Numbered from the stretch's first letter, positions 17,014 to 25,850 are shown. The stretch is DNA of 32,000 nucleotides from Candidatus Woesearchaeota archaeon (GCA_964497435.1 CAZCCD010000005.1:12214-44213); one strand, 5' to 3'. The notes: generated by a model not told the origin, from the letters alone. Translations and numbers: made by a program.

Positions 17014-17646
17014 ATGAAAGTAGGAATTATTGGAGCTGGTCAGGTAGGACAGATGCTAGCTTTGGGATTTAAGAAAGATAATGAAGTAATGGTAGGAACT
17101 AGCAATCCTGATAAGATTTCTGAATGGGCTAAAACAAACAGTATTAATGTTGCGAGTATGAGCGAGACAACAAAGTTTGGAGAGTTAATAGTTTTCTGTG
17201 TGAAAGGAACAGAGATAAAAAATGCAGTTGATATTGCAGGAAAGGAAAATTTTGAAAACAAGATAATTATTGATGTTACAAATCCTTTAAAACTTGAAAA
17301 AGAAGGCGAAGCACCAAAACTTGCAGTTGGATACCCTGATTCAAATGGAAAGAAACTCCAGGAGATGCTTTCTAACTCAATGGTTGTTAAAGCCTTTAAT
17401 ACAGTGCCTGCACACTATATGACAAATGCTAATTTTAGAGAAGGATTTCCAAGTTTGTTTATTGCTGGAAATTCCAAAGAAGCAAAGGAAACTGTCTCTC
17501 AAATCGCAAAAGGTTGGGGGTGGGAAGTCATCGATATTGGGAATATAGACAATGCTTATCTTCTTGAATCCCTTGCAATGATTTGGATAACTTATGGCTT
17601 TAAAAATAATCATTGGACACATGCTTTTAAGTTGCTGAAGAAGTAA
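17014..17646 (+). CDS. NAD(P)-binding Rossmann oxidoreductase, COG2085 / F420-dependent NADP oxidoreductase-like family
   Basis: N-terminal dinucleotide fold MKVGIIGAGQVGQMLA. Its ~210 aa length and the overall pattern through the ...WTHAFKLL tail resemble COG2085-type proteins. Confidence 0.6.
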   Translation: MKVGIIGAGQVGQMLALGFKKDNEVMVGTSNPDKISEWAKTNSINVASMSETTKFGELIVFCVKGTEIKNAVDIAGKENFENKIIIDVTNPLKLEKEGEAPKLAVGYPDSNGKKLQEMLSNSMVVKAFNTVPAHYMTNANFREGFPSLFIAGNSKEAKETVSQIAKGWGWEVIDIGNIDNAYLLESLAMIWITYGFKNNHWTHAFKLLKK

Positions 17647-18009
17647 TTATCTAAAACAAATATTACAATTTTTACTTATACTCCTATCTTTGATTTTATG
17701 TACTTTACAAATTATTTCTGGCTTTCTAAACTTTACAGATAGTTCATAAAGATATCCCAAATAGTTTTTTTTGTCATTTAAAATTTTATCAGCGCAATCT
17801 TTAATTTTAATCTTATCCTCGTTAGAGAACTTGACATCAGAACCTCTTTTCTGGCTTACATAATTTGAAACAGCTGCTTCTGTGACTCCAAGAATTTTAG
17901 AAACATCTTTCTGAGAAAGGCCTCTTTTGATAAAGGCCTTGGCTAGTTCTCTTCTTAAAGCTGGAATTATATACCAAATTTCTATTTCTTGTGGAAGTGA
18001 AGTTCTCAT
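17647..18009 (-). CDS. HTH transcriptional regulator (COG2522-like) with a Cys-rich C-terminal tail
   Basis: The segment IWYIIPALRRELAKAFIKRGLSQKDVSKILGVTEAAVSNYVSQKRG is an HTH. The C-terminal half carries four Cys (DCADK, IICKVH, NCNIC). It is divergent from sufB across a 73-nt spacer. Confidence 0.6.
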   Translation of the reverse strand: MRTSLPQEIEIWYIIPALRRELAKAFIKRGLSQKDVSKILGVTEAAVSNYVSQKRGSDVKFSNEDKIKIKDCADKILNDKKNYLGYLYELSVKFRKPEIICKVHKIKDRSISKNCNICFR

Positions 18010-18082
18010 TAAATTACAAACATTAGTAAGTATTTAAGGTTTACCAAAATATTTAAATACGATTTTCTTAACTATTGTTAAT

Positions 18083-21000
18083 ATGGAAACCTTGCAGATA
18101 GAAAGAGATAACTATGACCATAGCAATCCAGAGGACTTAAAATTTAAAGCAGAGCCTGGGGTAAGTGAAGAACTTGTTAGACAAATTTCTAGAGATAAAA
18201 ATGAACCTGAATGGATGCTTCAAAAGAGATTAGAAGCCTTAAAGATATTCGACAGCAAGCCTGTTCCAACCTGGGGGCCAGATTTATCTGGATTAAATAT
18301 AGATGAAATTTCATTGTATGTCAGACCAAATGCCAAAAAAAATTCTACTTCTTGGGATGAGGTTCCTAAAGAAATAAGAGATACTTACGAGAGACTCGGA
18401 ATTCCAAAAGCTGAAAGAGAGGTTCTCGCAGGAGTTGGAGCACAATACGAATCAGAGGTAATATATCATAAACTAAAAAAAGAACTTGAGAAGCAGGGAG
18501 TGGTTTTTCTGGATTGTGATGAAGGTCTTAAACAATACCCAGAGCTTTTTAAAAAATATTTCATGACTAATTGTATTCCTGCTACATTACATAAGTTTGC
18601 AGCATTGCATGGGGCTGTTTGGAGTGGGGGAACTTTTATTTATGTTCCTAAGGGTGTAAAGGTGAAAGAACCTCTACAAGCTTATTTTAGAATGAATGCT
18701 CAAAAAGGCGGACAATTTGAACACACTTTAATAATTGCTGATGAAGGAAGTGAGATTCATTATATAGAGGGTTGCTTTACAAAGGGGAATATAGTCACAA
18801 CAAATCCAGATTATAAAAAAATTGAGGATATAAAAGAGAATGATTTTGTTTTAACCAGTGAAGGGGGTTTTAAAAAAGTAAATGATGTTCAGACAAGAAC
18901 ATATTCTGGAGATCTCTATAGTATTGAATTTTATGGAGATTCTACGCAAAAAATTGGAGTTACTCCAGAGCATCCTTTTCTTTACGTTGATAGGAAAAGC
19001 AAAAATGATAGAAATAAAATATTTAAACCAAGATGGAATACTCCAAAATTCTTCAAACAGGGAGACTACCTAGCAATGCCAATAAATAAAACCATTAAGC
19101 ACGAAGCTTATAAGGAATTTGAGGTAGAATATAAAGGGAAAAAAGAAAAAATAAAAATTCCGATGACTTCTAATTTTTTTAGGCTTGTAGGGTATTATCT
19201 TGCAGAAGGATCAACTATAGGAGAGTACTATCTTTGTTTTGATTTTAATTCGAAAGAAAGGGAATACATTGACGATGTAAAAAGCCTTATAAAAAAAATA
19301 TTTGATGCGAAAGCTTACGAGCAACCACACAAACTAAACAATGGGGTTTCTGTAAGGGTTAATTCTACAAAATTGGCAAGATTATTTAAACAATTTGGAA
19401 ACAGGAATTACAATAAACAGGTTTCTGATTGGACTATGCAAGAGACAAAAGAAAACCAGGCCAATCTAATAAAGGGGTGGTTTAGAGGAGATGGAAATTA
19501 TTACAACAAAAAACACAAGTCGGGCCATAAGGAAATTTTTAGAATAAACACCACTTCCGAAAAGTTAGCAAGGCAGGGGAGAGACATCTTATTAAGATTA
19601 GGGGTGGTTGGATTTTTGAATAAGAGAAATAGGCTCAAAGAAGGAAGGAAAACAATGTTTACGCTTGGAGTTGCAGGAGAACAGATGATAAAATTCTCAG
19701 AAATTGTTGGCCTTAAGATAAAAAATAAATTGAACGGCAAAAATAGAGCTTCTATGTTTGGAATTAATGAAAAATTTGCCTTTTTACCAATTAAAAAAAT
19801 AACAAAAAAGGGAGTTGAAAAGACCCCTGTCTTTAATTTTTCTGTTGAAGATGATGAAACTTACACTGTTGCAGGATTAGCTGTGCATAACTGTTCAGCT
19901 CCCCAATACTCAAAAAATTCTTTACATGCAGGAGGTGTAGAGATATTTGTAAAGAAGGGGGCTAGAGTTCGTTATTCCAGCATTGAAAATTGGAGTAAAA
20001 ATACTTTTAATCTTAACACTAAAAGAGGAATAGTTGAAGAAGATGGAATTCTTGAATGGGTAAATGGGAATTTGGGTTGCCTCACGGGCGACGTTAAAGT
20101 ATTAACTAATCCAAATGGGCCTATATGCATAGAGTCAATAAAAATAGGAGATAAAGTATACGTGTTTGATGAAAAAGAAAATAAAATTAAGATCTCTGTT
20201 ATAAAGAATAAAATATTTAGTGGAGATAAAATAGTTTATAGGATAGAGTCTGGTGGAAGAGAAATTGAAGCATCTTCAAATCATCCTTTTCTTACATTAG
20301 TTAGAAAAAAACATGACCTTTCTCATAAAAAAGGTTTTTTCTATAAAGAATGGAGACCATTAGAAGAGTTAAAAGTTGGAGATATTGTGGCAATATCAAA
20401 AAAATTACCAATAAAAGGCGAATCTTATGTTTTGCCAGAAATTAGCAAAGATAAAATAATAAAAAGTAGGAATCAATATTCAGAATTTAAAATGAATGTG
20501 TCTCATTTGTATAACGAAAAAATTATCCTTCCAAGAGAAACCAATGAAGATTTTATGTGGCTCTGTGGAATTTTGTTAGGTGATGGACATGTTGATTTAA
20601 AAAATAATAAAATAAACATAGCTACTCATGAAAAAGAAGATTATAGAGAGTATTTAGTTGAAAAACTTAAAGAAATTTTTAATTATAATGTTACAGAAAA
20701 GAAAGAAAGATACATAATCATTAATTCTAAATTACTATGTCAATTATTTAAGGAGATTGGTTTATCGGGCAATGCAGATACAAAGATAGTTCCAAAATGG
20801 GTTTTTAAGCTACCTGAAAACCAGATACTGGCTTTTTTAGCAGGATATTTTGATTCTGATGGTCATCCACAAAAAAACGGACTTTACTTTACTAGTATAA
20901 ACAAAGATATTCTTGAAGGCATTAAGTATCTTGGAATTATGACTGGTTTTGGTGTCTCAAGAATATTTTCTCATGGCAAAGCAAAAGAAATGGAGATTTT

Positions 21001-21805
21001 GGGAAAAAAGACTATAGCTAAAGATTCCTGGAGAATTTTGTTTAATGGAAAAAGAATTAAAGATTTACCTGTTCGTTCAAAAAGAAAAAAAGAGAAAATT
21101 AGCAAAATTAAAACAAAAAGAAATTATGTCTCTTCAGAGGGCTTGAACTTTAGGAGCAAGGTAAATGATGAAATAGGTTTTTCTAAAATAACTAAAATCC
21201 AAGAAGTTGGGATTAAGCCAACATTTGATATAGAGATAGAAAATTACTCTAATTTTGTGGCTAATGGATTAATTGTACATAATTCAAATATAACAATGCT
21301 TTATCCATGCTCTGTTTTAGTCGGAGATAATTCTAAGACAGATTATGTAGGAATTGCATACGCTGGTCAGGGGCAAAATCAAGACACTGGATGTAAGGCA
21401 ATCCATATAGGAAAAAATACAAGTTCAAATATTTTAAGCAAAAGCATTAGTAAAAATGGCGGGATTTCTACTTATAGAGGATTGTTAAAGGTTTCAAAAA
21501 ATGCAAAAAATTCCAAAGCTAGTGTAAGATGCGATGGATTGATGCTTGATGATATAAGTATTGCAGCCACTGTTCCAAGCATGGAAGTGCACAATCATGA
21601 TGTCAAGGTTGCACATGAAGCAGCTGTTGGAAAGGTTGGAGAAGAACAATTATTTTACTTAATGTCTCGCGGATTAAGTGAGGAAGAAGCAACAAAAATG
21701 ATTGTTTCTGGATTTATAGAGCCTGTTATTAAACAGCTTCCTTTAGAATACGCAATGGAATTAAATAAATTAATAGAGTTAGAGATAGAAAACTCTGTTT
21801 GCTGA
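18083..21805 (+). CDS. sufB: Fe-S cluster assembly protein SufB interrupted by two inteins (1240-aa precursor, about 465-aa spliced product)
   Basis: The exteins read as SufB: ...IIADEGSEIHYIEG | CSAPQYSKNSLHAGGVE...EWVNGNLG | SNITMLYP...GKVGEEQLFYLMSRGLSEEEATKMIVSGFIEPVIKQLPLEYAMELNKLIELE. Confidence 0.92.
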   Translation: METLQIERDNYDHSNPEDLKFKAEPGVSEELVRQISRDKNEPEWMLQKRLEALKIFDSKPVPTWGPDLSGLNIDEISLYVRPNAKKNSTSWDEVPKEIRDTYERLGIPKAEREVLAGVGAQYESEVIYHKLKKELEKQGVVFLDCDEGLKQYPELFKKYFMTNCIPATLHKFAALHGAVWSGGTFIYVPKGVKVKEPLQAYFRMNAQKGGQFEHTLIIADEGSEIHYIEGCFTKGNIVTTNPDYKKIEDIKENDFVLTSEGGFKKVNDVQTRTYSGDLYSIEFYGDSTQKIGVTPEHPFLYVDRKSKNDRNKIFKPRWNTPKFFKQGDYLAMPINKTIKHEAYKEFEVEYKGKKEKIKIPMTSNFFRLVGYYLAEGSTIGEYYLCFDFNSKEREYIDDVKSLIKKIFDAKAYEQPHKLNNGVSVRVNSTKLARLFKQFGNRNYNKQVSDWTMQETKENQANLIKGWFRGDGNYYNKKHKSGHKEIFRINTTSEKLARQGRDILLRLGVVGFLNKRNRLKEGRKTMFTLGVAGEQMIKFSEIVGLKIKNKLNGKNRASMFGINEKFAFLPIKKITKKGVEKTPVFNFSVEDDETYTVAGLAVHNCSAPQYSKNSLHAGGVEIFVKKGARVRYSSIENWSKNTFNLNTKRGIVEEDGILEWVNGNLGCLTGDVKVLTNPNGPICIESIKIGDKVYVFDEKENKIKISVIKNKIFSGDKIVYRIESGGREIEASSNHPFLTLVRKKHDLSHKKGFFYKEWRPLEELKVGDIVAISKKLPIKGESYVLPEISKDKIIKSRNQYSEFKMNVSHLYNEKIILPRETNEDFMWLCGILLGDGHVDLKNNKINIATHEKEDYREYLVEKLKEIFNYNVTEKKERYIIINSKLLCQLFKEIGLSGNADTKIVPKWVFKLPENQILAFLAGYFDSDGHPQKNGLYFTSINKDILEGIKYLGIMTGFGVSRIFSHGKAKEMEILGKKTIAKDSWRILFNGKRIKDLPVRSKRKKEKISKIKTKRNYVSSEGLNFRSKVNDEIGFSKITKIQEVGIKPTFDIEIENYSNFVANGLIVHNSNITMLYPCSVLVGDNSKTDYVGIAYAGQGQNQDTGCKAIHIGKNTSSNILSKSISKNGGISTYRGLLKVSKNAKNSKASVRCDGLMLDDISIAATVPSMEVHNHDVKVAHEAAVGKVGEEQLFYLMSRGLSEEEATKMIVSGFIEPVIKQLPLEYAMELNKLIELEIENSVC
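18773..19891 (+). mobile_element. SufB intein 1 (373 aa) with a LAGLIDADG homing-endonuclease domain
   Basis: It starts with Cys (CFTKGNIVTT) right after HYIEG. Block B is GVTPEHPF. The LAGLIDADG motifs are LVGYYLAEGS and LIKGWFRGDGN. It ends ...GLAVHN, followed by +1 Cys (CSAP). Confidence 0.88.
20078..21283 (+). mobile_element. SufB intein 2 (402 aa) with a LAGLIDADG homing-endonuclease domain
   Basis: It starts CLTGDVKVLT after GNLG. Block B is ASSNHPF. The LAGLIDADG motifs are LCGILLGDGH and FLAGYFDSDGH. It ends ...NGLIVHN, followed by +1 Ser (SNITMLYP). Confidence 0.88.
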
Positions 21806-21813
21806 AATTTAAA

Positions 21814-22104
21814 ATGGAATATAAAGAAAAGATTCTTACAAAAAACCCTTATAAAACCATGATTGGGAGAAATATTAACAAAGAAAAATATGATATTATA
21901 AAAAAAGCAATATTACAATCCTTAAAAAACAAAGTGTTAACACATACACAATTAGAAAATTCTGTAAAAAAGAATCTAAATGGAAAATTCCAGGGAAGTA
22001 TTGCTTGGTACAATCAAGTAGTTAAAAGAGATTTAGAAGCTTGCAAAATTATAAAAAGAATTACAAATCAAACTCCTAATCTTTATAAATTAAATAGGAG
22101 ATAA
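21814..22104 (+). CDS. Small uncharacterised protein (~96 aa) between sufB and the sufU-like gene
   Basis: The ORF track starts it at TTG 21799, overlapping sufB; the ATG at 21814 is more plausible. The tail ...SIAWYNQVVKRDLEACKIIKR resembles a widespread ~100-aa uncharacterised family with a W-x3-V-x2-DLEA-x3-I-x-R hallmark. From memory this may be catalogued as DUF6958, which I could not verify. Confidence 0.5.
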   Translation: MEYKEKILTKNPYKTMIGRNINKEKYDIIKKAILQSLKNKVLTHTQLENSVKKNLNGKFQGSIAWYNQVVKRDLEACKIIKRITNQTPNLYKLNRR

Positions 22105-22106
22105 AA

Positions 22107-22466
22107 ATGGGAACAATGTATGAAGAAAAAATATTAGAGCTTTATGAAAGAAGGCCTAATTTTGGAAAATTAGACAGCAAGACTCACGAGTTAAAACATA
22201 GTAATCCTATCTGCAATGATGAAATAACTCTTGAATTAAATGTAAAAGAAGGGAAAATCATAGATGCAAAGTTTCATGGAATAAGTTGTTTTATTAGTGT
22301 TGTTTCTGCTGCTGCATTGACAGAGAATATAAAAGGAATAAAGGTTGAAGATGCAAAAAAATTAACAAAAAAAGATATTGATGGTTTTCTTGGGATAAAT
22401 GTTATTCCTACAAGAATAAATTGTGAGCTTCTTCCTTTGGAGGCTTTGAAAAAGATAAAATGCTAA
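22107..22466 (+). CDS. SufU/IscU-like (NifU N-terminal type) Fe-S scaffold protein
   Basis: Three conserved Cys in the expected contexts: NPICNDE, GISCFISVVSAAAL and RINCELLPLEAL. An SD (AGGAG) sits 8-12 nt upstream. Confidence 0.7.
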   Translation: MGTMYEEKILELYERRPNFGKLDSKTHELKHSNPICNDEITLELNVKEGKIIDAKFHGISCFISVVSAAALTENIKGIKVEDAKKLTKKDIDGFLGINVIPTRINCELLPLEALKKIKC

Positions 22467-23185
22467 AAATAAATAATCTAGATGTGGAAATTGAGGGCAA
22501 GAAAATTGTTGAAAACATTAATTTAGAATTTGAAAAAGGAAAAGTCTATGCTCTTATGGGGCCTAATGGTTCTGGAAAATCAACTCTTGCAAATGCTTTA
22601 ATGGGAAATCCAAAATACAAAATAACAAATGGAAAAATATTTATTAATAATGAGGATATAACTGATATTAACCCAGATGAAAGGGCGAAGAAGGGAATTT
22701 TTATGTCTTTCCAGTATCCTCAAGAAATTGAAGGAGTTAGCATCTATAATTTTTTGAAAGGAGCTGTGAATTCTTTGAGGGAAGAGAAGATGAGCTTCAT
22801 CAAGTTTAGAGAATTAATCAAAGAAAAATCTAAAGAACTTGACATTGATGAAGAATTTGTGAGTCGTTATTTAAACAAAGGTTTTTCAGGCGGAGAAAAA
22901 AAGAAGTCAGAAATCTTACAGCTTTTAACCTTAAATCCTGATATTGCTATCCTTGATGAAACAGACTCTGGTCTAGATATTGATTCTTTAAAGATAGTTG
23001 CCGAAGGAGTCAAAAAATTCATGAACGAAAATAAAACTGTATTAATTATAACTCATTACAAAAGAATCTTAGAGCATATAAAGCCAGATAAGATATTTAT
23101 TATGAAGCAAGGTAAGATAGTCCATGAAGGTGGTAAGGAAGTCGCAGATGAACTGGAGGAAAAGGGGTATAAGTTGTTGAAGTGA
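22460..23185 (+). CDS. sufC: Fe-S cluster assembly ATPase SufC
   Basis: Walker A GPNGSGKST. ABC signature FSGGEKKKSEILQL. Walker B ILDETDSGLDID. Its ATG overlaps the upstream stop by 7 nt. Confidence 0.92.
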   Translation: MLKINNLDVEIEGKKIVENINLEFEKGKVYALMGPNGSGKSTLANALMGNPKYKITNGKIFINNEDITDINPDERAKKGIFMSFQYPQEIEGVSIYNFLKGAVNSLREEKMSFIKFRELIKEKSKELDIDEEFVSRYLNKGFSGGEKKKSEILQLLTLNPDIAILDETDSGLDIDSLKIVAEGVKKFMNENKTVLIITHYKRILEHIKPDKIFIMKQGKIVHEGGKEVADELEEKGYKLLK

Positions 23186-23186
23186 A

Positions 23187-24599
23187 TTACAGTTGCGATG
23201 TATGTTCTATAGCTGCTTCCCTCATGTTTGAAGCAGAATAAATTCCTCTACCGACTATTCCATGAAAGCTATTGCCTGCAACTTTTGCTGCTTCAGAAAT
23301 ACTTCCTCCTTGCGCAATAAATCCTGGAGCATAAAATACTGGGCTAGATCCTTCATATTCAACTAATTCTCTTATTTGTTTTATTACTTCTGGTTTATTT
23401 CCTGGAACAACAAAATTATTAATTCCGATTCTTGCCGCAATTCTGTACATTTCTAATGCTCCTTCATCTGTAATAAATCCGCCTTCACTTACAGCATAAG
23501 CAGGATGAGTCATTCTTCCACCTACAATAACTTTTAGACCATGATCTAAAGCATGATAAATCCAGGCTCTTTCTGTTTCTGGTCCTGATTGAGGGAATAA
23601 AATAACTGCATTAACACCTGCCTTCTTCATTACTCTTGCAAAATTTTTCCCTGTATCTGGAATATCTGTTCCAGCTTTTTGATGATCATATATTAATGGC
23701 TTGTTAGTATGTTTTCTTGCTGTTTCAACCGCTTTAGGAAGGCCGTAACCTAAACCTAACTCAAATCCTAATTTATATGCTCCAATTCCTTCAATGTTCC
23801 CTGTCTGTTTAACAAGGCTCTCAAATTGCTCCAAAGTTTCAACATCGCAAGCAGGTATAACACTCTTTTCTCTTTCAATTATTTTTTGTTCTAATTTACC
23901 GACTGTCTCACGTGCTGCTTCTGTTCCATAAACCCTCATATAATTTGCCATTCTTTCCAAACCATCAGTATGAGTGATTTGTTCTTTTAAAAAACTGTAT
24001 ATGTCAGAAGCACTTAAAACAGAGATAACTCTTGTTCCTGTTTTTTCTTCATATTCTTTTATTGCACTTGATCCATTTATACCGACCTCTTGTCTGTCAA
24101 CAGCGATGGCTAAAATAGGAAGTTTAAAATCTCCCATGCTCAACAAAGTATCTCTAGCTTGATATTTAGCATCACCTGCTGTAAATACATCATCTAGCTG
24201 TGCAATAGATTGCCCTTCTTTAGGCGCCCTCCCAACAACTAAAGCCTTTATTCTTTCAGATGGAGAAAGATTTGTTGCTTCACCATATTCTTTGGGTATT
24301 TTTCTTGTGAAAAACCAGGGTAAATCAGGTCTTTGTGTAGATAATGCAATTGCAGTTGCAACAGCTAATGCATTTCCTTTTTCTGGAATACCATAAAGGA
24401 TATCAAATTGTTCGTCAGAACTCAATAAAGTCCGTGCATAATATCTTCCTAAAGCTTCCGTAGATTTAGCATCATTAAAATCTCCAATATTTATAAACCA
24501 AGGAGAAATCCTCTTGCTTTTTAGCGTAAAATCTCCACCTATTTTTAATGCGCCGGTCTCAAGTAAAAAATTAATAAATTGAGCTTTGTAAACTTCCAT
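23187..24599 (-). CDS. Fused orotate phosphoribosyltransferase / OMP decarboxylase-like protein (UMP synthase-type fusion)
   Basis: The N-terminal ~230 aa is OPRTase-like (FINFLLETGALKIGGDFTLKSKRISPWFIN; PRPP loop LDDVFTAGDA). The C-terminal ~230 aa is OMPdecase-family (IYDHQKAGTDIPDT, VIVGGRMTHP, VVPGN). Confidence 0.75.
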   Translation of the reverse strand: MEVYKAQFINFLLETGALKIGGDFTLKSKRISPWFINIGDFNDAKSTEALGRYYARTLLSSDEQFDILYGIPEKGNALAVATAIALSTQRPDLPWFFTRKIPKEYGEATNLSPSERIKALVVGRAPKEGQSIAQLDDVFTAGDAKYQARDTLLSMGDFKLPILAIAVDRQEVGINGSSAIKEYEEKTGTRVISVLSASDIYSFLKEQITHTDGLERMANYMRVYGTEAARETVGKLEQKIIEREKSVIPACDVETLEQFESLVKQTGNIEGIGAYKLGFELGLGYGLPKAVETARKHTNKPLIYDHQKAGTDIPDTGKNFARVMKKAGVNAVILFPQSGPETERAWIYHALDHGLKVIVGGRMTHPAYAVSEGGFITDEGALEMYRIAARIGINNFVVPGNKPEVIKQIRELVEYEGSSPVFYAPGFIAQGGSISEAAKVAGNSFHGIVGRGIYSASNMREAAIEHTSQL

Positions 24600-24620
24600 C
24601 GACAGCTAAAAGATTAATTA

Positions 24621-24640
24621 CTTATAAAGATTATTGTGAT
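24621..24640 (-). promoter_or_regulatory. Promoter of the pyrE-pyrF fusion: ATCACAATAAT (BRE position) + CTTTATAAG (TATA), 21 nt before the ATG
   Basis: Read on the minus strand. It has the same 11-mer and the same spacing as the pyrD promoter. Confidence 0.55.
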
Positions 24641-24660
24641 AAAAAGTATTTTATTTATTT

Positions 24661-25803
24661 TTATACTGGTTCAAATAATTTTCTATAAACATCATGTCCG
24701 TGTTTAGCAAAGTTCTCAAAATATCCTGTAAACCATTGATTCAAAGAAATCCCAGCTCTCTCCGATTCTATAATATCCTCTATGGTTTCAATTCCGCCAG
24801 TTCTTATAATATGAAATTCTTGAGAAGGTGGGCCTGCTCTAAGATAGTTAATTGCTGCACAGGTTGTTAACTTTAATGAAGATTCTTTTAATGGCTTCCC
24901 ACTTACTCCTCCACCAACACCAAATTCTTTAGAAGTTGTAAAAAAATCATAAAGAGCTCTTTCACTTGGATGTATTAACTCTCTTCTTTTTTGGTAATCA
25001 GTTGAAGTGTTTCCAAAATTAACACCATCATAACCTAACTCAAATAATAGGTCAAGCAAAGGAGGGATTTGCTTTACTTGTGTATCGTTAGAAAATTTAA
25101 CAATAACAGGAACTGTCCTAAATCTGCCTGTTTCTGAAACTGTTCTTTTGTCTAAGAAATGTTCTTTTACATATTTTAATCTATTTGCCATGTCATCATC
25201 TTGAGGCCTGCAGTGATTTGTGTTAGGGCAAGATTCGTTAATTTCAAGAAAGTCTACTCCAGCATATTCATAATGCCTCATTCCTTGAACAAGATATCTT
25301 AATTTTTCTTCTCCTTGCAAGTCAGGAGAGCCCATTACACTCCAGCCAATCGGAGTGCCTGCAACTCTTTCAAGTTGCTCCGCTCTTCGAGAATTAACTA
25401 CATCTCCATCATTTGGTAGACCTAGCCAATTAGAAGCTGAACGTGATTTTGGATAGGGGACAAAAGGAAGATAAATTCCGTCTTTTTCATTTCCTTTTCT
25501 TGGATTCCATGTTCCTGTTCCACCAAGATAAGCTCCTGCTCCCTGCCTAGCAACCATTTCATAACATTCTCCATTCTTGAACATTCCAGCAGAATTCATA
25601 ATTGGAGAACGAAATCTTATTCCCCACAATTCTCTACTAAATTCCTCTGGAGGTGAATAAGTTTCATAAGGAATTTCTTCTTTTAATCTTGCTAAAAAAT
25701 CTAATCTACCTTGAGAATATCTTGAAACAACTGTTTTTGGAGGTAACTGTGTGATAAGTGGTCTAAGTCTTCCTTCCCAACTAGCTAGAGTTGTTGCTTT
25801 CAT
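24661..25803 (-). CDS. pyrD: Dihydroorotate dehydrogenase
   Basis: Matching motifs: SPIMNSAGMFKNGE, GTGTWNPRKGN, WLGLPNDG, LEINESCPNT (Cys at the catalytic-base position), GGVSGKPL and RTGGIETIEDI. Confidence 0.8.
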   Translation of the reverse strand: MKATTLASWEGRLRPLITQLPPKTVVSRYSQGRLDFLARLKEEIPYETYSPPEEFSRELWGIRFRSPIMNSAGMFKNGECYEMVARQGAGAYLGGTGTWNPRKGNEKDGIYLPFVPYPKSRSASNWLGLPNDGDVVNSRRAEQLERVAGTPIGWSVMGSPDLQGEEKLRYLVQGMRHYEYAGVDFLEINESCPNTNHCRPQDDDMANRLKYVKEHFLDKRTVSETGRFRTVPVIVKFSNDTQVKQIPPLLDLLFELGYDGVNFGNTSTDYQKRRELIHPSERALYDFFTTSKEFGVGGGVSGKPLKESSLKLTTCAAINYLRAGPPSQEFHIIRTGGIETIEDIIESERAGISLNQWFTGYFENFAKHGHDVYRKLFEPV

Positions 25804-25824
25804 AAAAGATTTAATTAATTAGTA

Positions 25825-25844
25825 CTTTTATATATTATTGTGAT
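25825..25844 (-). promoter_or_regulatory. Promoter of pyrD: ATCACAATAAT + ATATAAAAG, 21 nt before the ATG
   Basis: Read on the minus strand. The 11-mer is identical to the one upstream of the pyrE-pyrF fusion and sits at the identical distance (-41 to -31). Confidence 0.55.
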
Positions 25845-25850
25845 GTTGAA

